A stretch of 20,000 bases of DNA, from the NCBI GenBank assembly GCA_000934665.2, contig KZ538508.1, forward strand, positions 45,479 through 65,478, written 5' to 3'. This DNA comes from Catajapyx aquilonaris (Eukaryota). Shown piece by piece: positions 1 through 10,365 of this stretch. Both the position numbers and the translations under genes were made by a program. Under the pieces are notes generated by a model. It was not told the DNA's origin. It saw only the letters and a program-made list of their open reading frames with translations, and searched no databases. Position 1 is the first letter of the stretch. Each line of letters opens with the position of its first letter.

Positions 1-464
1 AATGAAAGTGTAATACAGGTACTGGTATACAGGGTGTTCCAAATATGTGGGTCATTTTAGTTATAAGAAAGGACATGGTGGGGTCCTTGTATGGAAAAGT
101 TGGGCCAGATGGATTTTGATGAAAGCAGGTTAGTTGATAGATCTTGACCTTAGGATCAATATATTGTTCTAAAGCCCAAAGAAAATTTACCGTGCCGTTT
201 GGCTTCTAGAAGCGCTCAGAGTCGGACTTTCAGGTGGATCCTATCAAGCTCATTTCATATATGTTGTAGAGTTTCACGAGCTGAGTCAAATGAGCCATGT
301 GGCACTGTGACAAACCATTTGGGTGCTAGATGTGCAACTGACAAGGGGGGGACATGAAGTGGGCTCTGTCAGATTTGCATGAACCTTGCGCAGTAGGTGT
401 ATCACAGGCCTACAATTTCACTGGTATGGGCCATTTTCTGCTATGGCCAGCCGTTGTCGATCTA

Positions 465-1043
465 CAGGGTGGGCGAAAAGTCCCAGGACACCTGGCTTTT
501 TTTGCCTGCAAAACAAATCTGTGCATGGAAAATGTGTCGGAGCTGTCGGTGTGACATAGTCTGGACACTGACGGAACTGTTTGATGAGGGGAGACATCTG
601 GGGACCCCCAACAACACCCACAGTAAGTTAACACTGTTAACAGTGCAAGATGGCGGATACGAGCGGGTTCACTGTGGAGGACAGACTTGTGGCTACTGTG
701 TGGGTCCACGGGAGGCCTCATACGGGAAAGTACATAATGCACATCATGCAGGATATCAGGGCTCCCTTTGGTAAGGTGCCACCGAGAAGAAGTAACTTGT
801 TCAAGTGGGAGAAAAAAGCATTCAGCATGGGAAATGTGAAAGACGGGAAGCGTGAAAGACACTTCCCTTGCTAAATGCTTTTTATGGGTGTTGTTGGGGG
901 TCCTCAGATGTCTCCCCTCATCAAACAGTTCCATCAGTGTCCAGAAGATGTTACACCAGCATTTCCGACACATTTTCCATGCACAGATTTGTTTTGCAGG
1001 CAAAAAAAAAAGCCAGGTGTCCTGGGACTTTTCGCCCACCCTG
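465..1043 (+). mobile_element. Tc1/mariner-superfamily deletion derivative with long (~155 bp) TIRs, inserted in the left arm of element A
   Basis: TA|CAGGGTGGGCGAAAAGTCCCAGGACACCTGGC ... GCCAGGTGTCCTGGGACTTTTCGCCCACCCTG|TA. The empty site is visible in the right arm of A (about 2422-2436, reverse complement GTCGATATATGAGGG). Confidence 0.92.
650..874 (+). pseudogene. Truncated N-terminal helix-turn-helix (DUF4817-like) portion of a Tc1/mariner transposase, 74-aa open frame
   Basis: MADTSGFTVEDRLVATVWVH...FGKVPPRRSNLFKWEKKAFSMGNVKD resembles the N-terminus of long-TIR Tc1/mariner (rosa/DD41D-like) transposases as recalled. It sits between the TIRs of 465-1043, and no DDE domain is present. 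Confidence 0.7.
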
Positions 1044-1744
1044 TATGAGGGACAATAGATCCGCATGGGTGCGTTCAGGAGAGTATGGTGGGGGGACGGG
1101 AAGCATTAGGAAAGCGGGCTGTTCAGTTTCCAGGGGCACGCAGCTAGTAAACAACAAGGTAACCAACAGCGCAATTCTCCATGGAGGGTTCGAATCATCT
1201 TCAGGACCAATTTTCTATGTTTGCTTTTTTTCCGTCTCGCATTACCTTTACCCTGTACCCATAATGCTAATGCATGGTTCCCTTCATTTATGTGACCCAT
1301 GTTGCAGGCATCTTATCGACGTGAAACAATAACCACAACTTTCAAAGCAAATCAGGAACAAAACAGGGGGGAGCTGCTTCGAGAAACTGGTGTACACTTT
1401 CGTGCAGACATCTTCCGAAACCATCACCCAGAAAACCACTCGAAACCTTCTCGGATTCGACAGAAGCCAACCAAAACCAGAGGTTTCAGGAAACCAGCAT
1501 ACACTTTCACCCCCTCACCCTTTGAAATTAGGAATACTCTTTTGCCAATACATCAACACTTGTGGAGAAAATTTCAAAAGATACCACTCACCAGCTAGGC
1601 CACGAGCTAGGTGATATTGGGCAGATGAACGCGTGACTCTCAAAATAAAAATGCGTGAAACATTGTCGCATTGTATTGGAAAGGGCTCTCCATTGTGAAA
1701 TACAAATCAACGATTGAAGGAAAACAAGTCAAAAATAATATTAA

Positions 1745-2214
1745 CCCTTAACGTACTTAGGTGGGGCCTGAGCGGTACCAACCACTATTTAATTAAACGT
1801 ATGTAACTTTCTAATTCATTTTTCCCCCATGTCCTTCCGTGAATTTGTGACAAAAACATTCCTAAGCATGACAAGGAGGGGAAAAATTTTTTAGTCGCTA
1901 TTCTTTGGCTGAAAAAAATTCGTAAGGAGTAATAGGTCCACCTGGAGCCGCTCAGTGCTGCGGCGAGTGGCTGACAAGAGTGAGCCCACCCGTGACTGTT
2001 AACAAGTCATAAACAATACCCATTTTTCTGTTGGAATATGCTGACTCAGTGTGTGATTTTTACGTTTTCGGAAGCTTAATGATCTGAACTGAACTTTCTG
2101 TATGTGAAAAATCCACTGCTTTAGCTGATAAGCAAAGAGTTAAATGTACCGTTGGGGCCGCTCAGGCCCCACATAAGTAGTTGAAGGTGTTTGGGCCACC
2201 TAAGAAGTTAAGGG
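1745..2214. mobile_element. piggyBac-like MITE nested in element A
   Basis: TTAA|CCCTTAACGTACTTAGGTGG ... CCACCTAAGAAGTTAAGGG|TTAA, plus a subterminal inverted repeat (GTGGGGCCTGAGCGG at about 1761 versus CCGCTCAGGCCCCAC at about 2158). Confidence 0.88.
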
Positions 2215-2689
2215 TTAAAGCAGGCCTCACTTGCAAAGCAGCTTGCCAAGGGAACAACAACTGAAGATGATTCTAACGTGATTTGAACCCTCCCTGGATA
2301 ATTGCGCTGTTGGTTACCTTGTTTACTAGCTGCGTGCCCCTGGAAACTGAACAGCCCGCTTTCCTAACGCTTCCCGTCCCCCCACCTTACTCTCCTGAAC
2401 ACACCCATGCGGATCTATTGTCCCTCATATATCGACAATGGCTGGCCGTAGCAGAAAATGGCCCATACCAGTGAAATTATAGGCCTGTAATACACCTACT
2501 GCGCAAGGTTCATGCAAATCTGACATACTCCACTTCATGTCCCCCCCCTTGTGAGTTCAACATTGGACCTTATACTGGGATTATTATTACGACATAATAA
2601 CTGCAAATGATGTGTCAAGAGAAAATTGCCATATGGTGCAGTAGTTAATTTTTAATTTTTAATAATAAAATAAAAGATTTGAAACTTTT

Positions 2690-2757
2690 TGGGGGGCCTC
2701 CTTGGCAGGAGGGCCCAGGGCGCTCGCACCCTGCGCACCCCTATAAATCCGGCACTG
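2690..2757. mobile_element. Single end of a hAT-like MITE
   Basis: GC-rich GGGCCC-containing subterminal region ending ...TAAATCCGGCACTG (reverse complement CAGTGCCGGATTTA, a typical hAT MITE end). No partner end was found in the window. Confidence 0.5.
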
Positions 2758-2944
2758 CATACGGCAGGCAGAGAACTTGGTGTATTTGTTGCAAAAGTGG
2801 GGATTAGGCTATAACAGACCTCGGTTATAGTAGACTGATTTTCATGGTCCCTTGAAGGTATATCCGGTGTCTTCTATATTTACAATTTTGCTTCGTTCCA
2901 GAATATTCTAGTGCAGGATGCTATAGTAATGTACACTTCTCTTA

Positions 2945-3897
2945 CAAGGAAACATCGCCACGTGAAAATAACCCGGATTTGGCCAAAAATTGCTCAGTGG
3001 GTAAATCACATGCATAGAATTCATTGATGAGCGCAAAAAGACCCACTTCACAGCAATTTTCGAGATATGAGTTACGACACATCCGGTGCGCTCAATGCTG
3101 TTTAGATCAGCCGCCTCGTAATCTACCAGTTCCACTTTTTGTTTTTTGTTGTNNCCCCCCCCCCCCCCCCTCCCTCCCTCCCCTCGTTTTCTAGTGACGT
3201 TCTTCACCAGTTTTTGTTTTCGGCTGCACATACTGATGAATTTCAGTCTCCTTTGGCACCTGTTTTAATCTAATTACTGCAATTATCTCAACATAAGAGA
3301 TGGGCAACAAAATAATACTGGATCCTTTTTGCTACATGATGTGTTTTTCTTGTCAATGATTTGGCCTCTTACGGACTGGCACAAATGAGTCTACCTGAAA
3401 ACTTGTACCTTCCCCTGCACATGAAAAACTGCATAACTTGGAAAGCAGGAAATGTTTTTAAACATATATAGCGATTTCTTGATTTTAACCAATGTCGAAT
3501 GTTATATTTGCGTATGTATGTCGTCTGTTAATTGTGATTAAATTTGTACAAGATGGGCCCTAACACTAGTCTACCTCCCTCATGTACTTTTACCTCTCAA
3601 ACAGATGGAGATGATTTTGGATTTGGGTTCAATGCAAAATCATCTCTATTTTTTTGAGCGATCCAGTCTAGGGGAGGGGAAGGAGCAAAAAAAAAAAAAA
3701 AAGAGCAAGCGGGACCGGTGGATTACGAAGCGGCTAGGCTGCTCTAAACAGCACTGAGCGGATCTGTCGGCACTCATATCTCGAAAATGGCTGTGAAATG
3801 GGTATTTTTGCGCTCACCAGTGAATTCTACACATGTGATTTACCCACTGAGCGATTTTTTGCCAAATCCGTTATTCTCACGTCGTGATGTTCCCTTG
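2945..3897. mobile_element. Long-TIR non-autonomous element, family 'B' copy 1 (CAAGG termini, TTA TSD)
   Basis: TTA|CAAGGAAACATCGCCACGTG ... CACGTCGTGATGTTCCCTTG|TTA with about 200-bp TIRs. The interior is homologous (inverted) to 11121-11300 plus 12597-12840. Confidence 0.88.
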
Positions 3898-3903
3898 TTA
3901 GTA

Positions 3904-4063
3904 CAGTAAAACCTCAATATAATGCTTTTCAAGGGACTGACTTAAAATAGTTTTGTAAGTGGGAATTCATTACATGTGGGAAATGCTCCTTAAGGTATAC
4001 TCATCAAGGGACCAGAAAAAGGGGTATTATATGCCGGATTGTTATATCTGATAAGTTTCACTG
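3904..4063. mobile_element. Degenerate pogo/Tigger-like MITE
   Basis: TA|CAGTAAAACCTCAATATAA ... TTATATCTGATAAGTTTCACTG, with internal AAGGGAC repeats typical of Tigger-type MITEs. The right-hand TA is not preserved. Confidence 0.6.
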
Positions 4064-4175
4064 TGTATTAAAAATGAAATTAATGGGTGCAGTTTGTGTG
4101 GGTTTCCTCATTCCAAATCCTTCATATCGCAAAGTTGGGTAGGTTAACCCCCTGTCATGTTCAGGGCAGTCATAC

Positions 4176-4250
4176 AGTGTGTGTGCTGTGGGGTCTAGGG
4201 CCTATCGGCCAGGTCGACCCTTGAAGTCCCTATCTAAGTGTGTGTGCTGT
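4176..4250. repeat. 14-bp direct repeat AGTGTGTGTGCTGT flanking a 47-bp insert
   Basis: Identical copies at 4176-4189 and 4237-4250. Confidence 0.7.
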
Positions 4251-4555
4251 CACCAGCTGTATAACCAACATGTAGTAGCCCTTGGTAAAATATTGTGCTG
4301 CATCACACTAGACTTGATTTTTCTGCCTAGATGGGAGGTAAGTGAGGTCGAGACATAATGACCATCCATTATAACCACCCCCACCAAGCTCATTGTGTCA
4401 CATTTTATTCCCAGAAGGCAGAAAAAATAGACATCTCCAATATGATGCCTTTTACCAGGGACCACTGCATGTAGGTTGGATAGTACTTAGGATCAGGGGA
4501 GGATTTTAGTGTACTTTAGCGGTGCTGATACTAAGTTGATAAACATTGTTTTCAG

Positions 4556-6217
4556 ACACATTGAAGGAGCTGTTCTTGTATGACCTACTCCTCCAACGCA
4601 AGTTGCTTCGGTTTGAAGATCGCCCTTTAACTATGCTTGACCAACTCTCAGCTGGAAGTCGTGATGCTCGTGATCGCTGCCTGGTCCTCTGGTATTTTGA
4701 AGACCAGCTAAAGTCATTGTATACATTATTTCTCTCCAATTTGGATTTTTTGTCTCGTGACACTGTCGAGAAGACCAAAGTGAAAGCAGTAAGTGCCACA
4801 TATGAACTCCTGTGTGGAAACCCTGAGATGGAATTTACACTCCTTCCACGTCTGGTCAACAAGATAGGAGACCCTTTGAAGTCAGTTGGTGCCAGAGCCT
4901 TACATTGCCTGCACTGCTTGTTGAGAAAGCATCCAAGCATGAAAAATGTGGTAGTTCTGGAAGCAGAACGATTGCTATTTAGGCCTAATGTTGGTAAGCG
5001 TGCACAATATTATGGATTGTGCTTTATGAATCAAGTTGTGTTGGATCAAGAGGATACACAATTGGCCTCGAAGCTGATTGGTATATACTTCGGGTTCTTC
5101 AAAGCATGTGTCAAGACTGGTGATGTTGACTCCAAAATGATGTCAGGGCTGTTGACTGGGGTGAACCGTGCATTTCCTTATGCGGAACAGAAGTCAGACC
5201 AGATTCGGCAACATGTAGATACAATGCATAAGATTATTCACTTGGTTAGTTTCAATACAGGTGTCCAGGCATTAATGCTTTTGTATCAAATAACTGATGC
5301 AAAGGACGCACTATCTGACCGATATTATGCTGCACTCTACCGGAAGCTCCTAGACCCACGTTTGGAAAGCACATCAAGGCCTGCCATGTTGTTCAACTTA
5401 CTGTACAAATCAATTAAGAATGATGTCTCAGAACGACGGGTGAAGGCATTTGTAAAGCGTCTTCTTCAGATTGCCCAGTACCTGCCATCAACTCTGGTGT
5501 GTGGGATATTATTCCTTGTGTCAGAAGTGGTTTCTAGCCGACCCAACATTTTAGGTTTGAAAGATATTATGCCTGATGATGATAATGATGATGATGAGCA
5601 TTATAGAGATGTTGATTATGGTGATGAACCTTCACACACACCTGAACCATGCACAGAGTTGTCAACAACTTCATCGTGGAATTTTGCCAAAGGTTCTGCT
5701 ACATACGACCCATCTCAACGTAATCCATTGTATGCTGGTGCTGAGCACAGCCTAGTGTGGGAACTACAGGCCTTATCAATGCATTTTCATCCATCGGTTT
5801 CTTTAATGGCTGCCAACCTGCTACAGTCAAAGTCAGTGAAGTGCACTGGAGACCCATTGCATGACTACACCCTCATGAGATTTTTAGATCGCTTTGTATT
5901 CCGCAACCCCAAGAAAAGTTTGTCAGAGGGAAAGAAGCAAATTTTTGCTCCCAAGGCTGGACAAGCAACTGGTACTAAGGCAGTGGCAGTGACAAGTGAT
6001 GAATTTCTGGAGCAGGAGGAGGATAATGTGGCAGAAGATGATATCTTTTTCTACAGATATTTCAAGCAGAGGCAGAGATCAAGTAAAGAACAGGAAGAGA
6101 GTGATGATGAAAGTGTTGGTGATGATGAGTTTGAGAGATACTTAGACCAGATGGGTGGGAGTGGACAGCATGATGATCTAGATTTTGCATCAGATGTGAA
6201 GGAAGGAAAAAGGAGAG
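4556..6217 (+). CDS. CEBPZ: CCAAT/enhancer-binding protein zeta (CBF/NOC1/Mak21), large internal exon
   Basis: Acceptor TTTTCAG|AC and donor AG|GTAAGT. The 550+ aa open frame has CEBPZ motifs (DTLKEL, LWYFEDQLK, LVNKIGDP, LLTGVNRAFPY, RVKAFVKRLLQ, YDPSQRNPLYAGA, HFHPSV, GDPLHDYTLMRFLDRFVFRNPK). The 5' exons lie upstream of the window. Confidence 0.96.
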
Positions 6218-6508
6218 GTAAGTTTTTATACTTGCCTCTGAACTCAAACTTGCATTTGTGGTGAGAAAATCTGGGTCTGACGGGCTTGCATTTAACATGA
6301 CTGGTGACGTTTTGAACAGGAGTCAATGTAATGCAGATACATAATAACACTGAGTAACACAAAAAGTGTTTATGTTAATTTTTTAATGTTTTTTATGCAG
6401 TTCAAGTATGATGATTCCAATGTTGATTTTAGTTAATGTACAATCACAACTCTTTTTTAGTTACCTTAAATTCTTCTTATTAATGGGTCGTTCCATTTCA
6501 GATCAGTC

Positions 6509-6872
6509 CATGGTCTTAAACTACTTCGGTCTGGACACTCCCCCCCTTATTACGTAAAGGGGCTGATGGGTGGTAATGCAGTGGGGGTCACGGCAGCGCT
6601 GTTAAGGCGTCGCGACTGCCGCGAAACTGACAGGCTCCTCTGCACTTAGGTAGAAGCACATGTGTGGTGTAGGGGTATAATATTTACATATAGTTTATAG
6701 ATAAATTTACAGATAGTAATGGCTTCTACCTAAGTGCAGAGGAGCCTGTCAGTTTCGTGGCCGTCGAGGCGCCTTAACAGCGCTGCCCTGGCCCCACACT
6801 GCATTACCACCCTGTCGGACCCTTTACGCGATAAGATGGGGAGTGTCCAGACCTTAGTATTTGAAGACCATG
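6509..6872. mobile_element. Foldback MITE with CATGG termini and 8-bp TSD (P-element-like or hAT), in a CEBPZ intron
   Basis: About 150-bp inverted arms (6509-6657 versus 6722-6872). Flanks GATCAGTC and GATAAGTC (7/8 match). Confidence 0.85.
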
Positions 6873-7070
6873 GATAAGTCAATAGGTGTTGAGTCATTGT
6901 CTTCAATTGTTTTAGAGAAAAAAATATGAAACTCTCGTCCAATTTTACTCTTATGATGCAGAAGTTTTTCAAGATGAAATTTAGTTATTGAGATACTAAT
7001 ATTTATTTCAAAGTGAACCAAAATAATATTTAAGAGAAGTTGCACTTTTTCTCTTGCTTTACATGTATGT

Positions 7071-7220
7071 AGGCCTCATATCTGGAATCATTCTGGAAAC
7101 TGAAATGAAAGTTTACATACTTGTTTTTGGAATTAAGTGTTATGCAGCAATGTATGACAGTGTTTGATATCCATCCCACCTGGAATAGAGTCAGGCCAGA
7201 AACTTTTGGCACCGACCTCA
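7071..7220 (-). mobile_element. Single mariner-like end fragment
   Basis: The reverse complement reads TA|TGAGGTCGGTGCCAAAAGTTTCTGGCCTGA, resembling the TIR of the mariner at 11303. No ORF and no second end. Confidence 0.45.
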
Positions 7221-7413
7221 TATAGTGTACACTAATATTAGGGCAGTAAGATTAATTGGCCCTGGCAATTGCTAATCTGGAGTTTTAGTAGCACTTAACA
7301 CCATAAAGGATGGCTTTTGACTTCCATATTGGGAATGGCATTTCAAAATGAAAATACTGAGTCTGAAATTATTTATGACTATGGCAGTTATGATATTTTT
7401 CTGCTATTTTTAG

Positions 7414-7605
7414 GAAAGCAGAAAGATGAGGATGAAGAGGATGATGGTGATAGTGATGAGGATGCTGAAATGGGTGAGGAAGGAGATGATGGGGACCTGC
7501 CTGATGAAGGGCAGTTTGATGATGCTGATTTTGGCCCAGACAAGTTTGGTGAGGATGATTTCAAGGATGACCTGAGTTTTGATGAAGCTGAAGATGATTC
7601 AGATG
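7414..7605 (+). CDS. CEBPZ: CEBPZ acidic (D/E-rich) exon
   Basis: Acceptor TTTTTAG|GA and donor G|GTGAGG; phase 1/1, compatible with both neighbours. The D/E-rich tract is as expected in the CEBPZ C-terminus. Confidence 0.88.
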
Positions 7606-7745
7606 GTGAGGCTTTTACTTTCTGAAGTGTACTTTTGTAAATGGAATATACGGTATATATTTTACTAGCTAAATTACGATTTTAATTGTGCAAGTTTGTT
7701 GCACTGGTACTGGATATGTACAGTTAATGGCAAAATTGGTTCAAG

Positions 7746-7949
7746 GTGAAACATTAGAACCTGGATCATCGAAACGGAAGAAGAGAATGGACAAAATGAG
7801 CATCATGAAGAAGATGAAACTTGGAGGGAAGGAAACGCTGGACAATCTATTTGTGTCGGCAGAGGAATTTTCCCACACCCTGGAAGAGAACAGTGGGAGT
7901 GGAATTGACACTACAGGAATAAATGCTTTGGCCAACAAAGACAGAGCAG
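7746..7949 (+). CDS. CEBPZ: CEBPZ penultimate exon
   Basis: Encodes LFVSAEEFSHTLEEN...NALANKDRA, a conserved C-terminal motif. Donor G|GTTGGT. The acceptor is either 7746 (AAG) or 7758 (TAG); both are in phase. Confidence 0.88.
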
Positions 7950-8007
7950 GTTGGTGTATTTAGTTGTAGGTTTATTTAAATTTTACTGACCTGCATTTTT
8001 TTTCCAG

Positions 8008-8147
8008 CTGTGAAACAGCTTAACTGGGAATATACTAGGGATCAGTGGATAAGAGGAAAAGACTGGAAGTCAAGAAAACCAAACAAAACACGAAAGAGGA
8101 ACGTTCAGCCTCAAAAGAAAGGGAAGCAGGTGGCAAGAAGGAAGTGA
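8008..8147 (+). CDS. CEBPZ: CEBPZ terminal coding exon
   Basis: Acceptor TTTTTTTCCAG|CT. Encodes VKQLNWEYTRDQWI (compare the recalled KQLRWEAERDDW motif) and a basic tail; TGA at 8145-8147. Confidence 0.92.
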
Positions 8148-8700
8148 AGTAAAACTTGGTTGAGAGTAACACATTAATACAGGATTATTACAGATTTCAA
8201 ACATTTGTAGTTGTCCTGCAGAGTTTATTTTAAAAAGTGGCATTTCTCTCCATTTTACCATGAAGTTTATGAACAACAAGTTCAAGTTCTTGTGTAGTGT
8301 TGTACATGTGAACAGACATCAAATGGAAGTAGAATTTTGGATTTGTGTAGTTTAAAAAAAAAAAACTTTTGGAATCTGAACATGATGTACCGGTATGTGA
8401 TTTAGAAATAACTACTGTAAATCTAATATATGACTTTGAGTGATACAAAATAAGGGCATGCTTAATGAGTTCACACAGGAGCAAATCAGTACCGTCAAGC
8501 GGGGTTACTTAAGCCACTTTTCAATTTCAGACATCTGCCAATTCAAGAGCATTGACTTTAGAGATTAACTTATTGTTGTAAAACATGGGTCTACAGTTAC
8601 GGTCAACGTATACATGGATGAAAGTTTCCTACAACATGTATGATTTAAAAAAAAAAAAAAGGGGGTGGCTTAAGTTACCCCCTGACATGGGGTAACTTAA

Positions 8701-9207
8701 AGGGACACTCCACTCAAAATGCAAGTTGGGCTCTAAAAATCGGGCAAGAAATCCTGATTCCGAGTGTATCAGCAGTTTTTTTGAGAGACGAACGGTAAGG
8801 CCAGAGCGAGCCGTCAAAGTTAGGCAATTCGAATCTGGCGCAAAACAGCAGCGCCTCCTCCGGGACTGCCCGGGACTGGGCAGAAATTTGGATATTCTTG
8901 CGCCATCTTGATCCACGCCATGGTCCGCGCCATCTTTGGTCCGTCCCACAGGTTTATCCCGCCACCTCTTGACCCGACCCGACTTTCAGCACTGTATCAC
9001 TTTCGCCTAGTGCCCGGTGGCGGCGCTCACGGCGGTGGCGGACTGGGCTGGCGGGGCAGCTCATTAGCAGATGACGCAAATTCTGAGTCTTTAACGCCTC
9101 GTCCTGGCTTTTCTGTTCCGCGTAGAAAAAAACCGATTGCACCTTCGGAATCAGGATTTTTTGCCCGATTTTTAGAGCCCAACTTGCATTTTGAGTGGAG
9201 TGTCCCT
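8701..9207. mobile_element. Kolobok-like MITE (TTAA TSD, AGGGACAC termini)
   Basis: TTAA|AGGGACACTCCACTCAAAATGCAAGTTGGGCTCTAAAAATCGGGC ... GCCCGATTTTTAGAGCCCAACTTGCATTTTGAGTGGAGTGTCCCT|TTAA. Removing it restores the host motif GGGGTAACTTAAGCC. Confidence 0.85.
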
Positions 9208-9452
9208 TTAAGCCAGCAGGAAGAATTCAGTGTTTCGCTTATGTTAGACGGTGACACGGTAACAAAGTCCGTTCACAGGGCGAAAATAAACATTTGCATA
9301 TTGCTCCAGAAATTTATTGTTCAAAACTTAAGTTCATATAAGGGAAAGTATGGCGGCCTCTCTTTATGCTCACCGGCTGTACAGAACAAACAATATTTCT
9401 GATATGTGAACATACATTTCATCATCAACAATGCTCCCAACTAGGCAACTAC

Positions 9453-9705
9453 TAGGGCTGTGCGATATCCGAAAACATATCGAATCGAAGTCGATATATC
9501 GAAAATCGAAAAACCGACATCGCAAAATATCGCAAACCGACATCGAAAAATATCGCAAATCGACATCGAACCGACATCGAAAAATATCGCAAACTGACAT
9601 CGCGATATTCGATACATCGCACATGCCAAGCGTCGGATATCGCAACTTCGATATTAGGAAAATATCGTATCGACAGTCGATGTATCGAAATATCGCACAG
9701 CCCTA
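9453..9705. mobile_element. hAT-family MITE with internal ATCG-rich tandem repeats
   Basis: TAGGGCTGTGCGATAT ... ATATCGCACAGCCCTA. 8-bp flanks GCAACTAC and GCAACTAT. The interior is built of roughly 23-bp CCGACATCGCAAAATATCGCAAA-like units. Confidence 0.9.
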
Positions 9706-10161
9706 GCAACTATACTCTCCTGACCTCCAGAAGCTAATCCCCGCACTTCTTGCCAGGCTTGGAACAAGTGGCCTATGTTACCCCGTACATGACGCAACAA
9801 TTACTTTTTAAGAATATATTGACACCAAAATGAAAATTTATGCTATGCAGTATAACTACCTTAAAAGGACTGTTGCAGGTTATGTTTCATCATCTTTACA
9901 GCGAATTAAATTCAAACAGATGATGTTGGCGATGAAAGTTACGTAGGGTATAAATTTATGATGCAAATGATCCTAAACATAATTAAGATTTTACAAAGTT
10001 ACCTTTGACACAAACACAATTTTCAAATATGCAGTCCAAAACTGCAATAAAATATGGAACTTAACATTTCAACTCAAAACAGTGTTGCCAAAATCAGTGT
10101 CCGAAATTTACGCAGCAAAATGGCGTAAGTTACCCGGCTTAAGTAACCCCATTTGACGGTA

Positions 10162-10365
10162 AGTAATGCAAAATAATTTTTTTCGAGCCAAGTTTATTGT
10201 CAATGACAAATATTATGTATGTGACAACAAGGGACCATTTTTGGCAAATTTTCAACATATGAACTGTTTCCGTTGATGCATTGGTCCCATTGTGGCACAA
10301 GGTTAAAGATGCCGTGTTCATAGAACTATGTTTTTTGCCTATACAACCATCCGCGTGCTGCACTT
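10162..10365 (-). mobile_element. 3' remnant of a second, older mariner transposon
   Basis: The minus frame WLYRQKT*FYEHGIFNLVPQWDQCINGNSSYVEN matches the mariner transposase C-terminus. Its TIR appears to be split by the 8492-10159 element, with the remainder at about 8474-8491. Confidence 0.7.

Larger units (their letters stand above)
342..2551. mobile_element. Non-autonomous long-TIR DNA transposon 'A' (CAAGG termini, 3-bp TGA TSD), superfamily unassigned; hosts two nested MITEs
   Basis: Ends CAAGGGGGGGGACATG (342) and CATGTCCCCCCCCTTG (2551). About 280-bp inverted arms (342-464 plus 1046-1204 versus about 2261-2551). TGA on both flanks (339-341, 2552-2554). Confidence 0.85.
8492..10159. 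mobile_element. pogo/Fot1-like (Tc1/mariner superfamily) non-autonomous element hosting two nested MITEs
   Basis: TA|CCGTCAAGCGGGGTTACTTAAGCC ... GGCTTAAGTAACCCCATTTGACGG|TA. The GGGGTAACTTAAGCC motif recurs subterminally (8661-8700, about 9770, about 10125). Confidence 0.85.

Noticed and set aside
28..60. TA-CAGGGTGTTCC Tc1-like terminus
   Set aside because: Only a short motif; no matching right end or transposase found, so it was not called as a feature.
354..1332. Several overlapping ORFs (for example 410-1066 minus, 218 aa)
   Set aside because: They are by-products of palindromic TIR sequence, with the same peptide on both strands and no protein family signal.
3153..3180. N within a poly-C run
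   Set aside because: Assembly ambiguity in a homopolymer. It is not biological, but it is a reminder to verify indels elsewhere.
4546..6264. 572-aa ORF taken as a complete single-exon gene
   Set aside because: It starts at a non-ATG codon in the intron and runs past the 6217 donor; it is an internal CEBPZ exon.
9370..9709. Repetitive ORFs and a CRISPR-like look of the ATCG repeats
   Set aside because: There are no unique spacers, the context is eukaryotic, and the repeats are bounded by hAT TIRs and a TSD.
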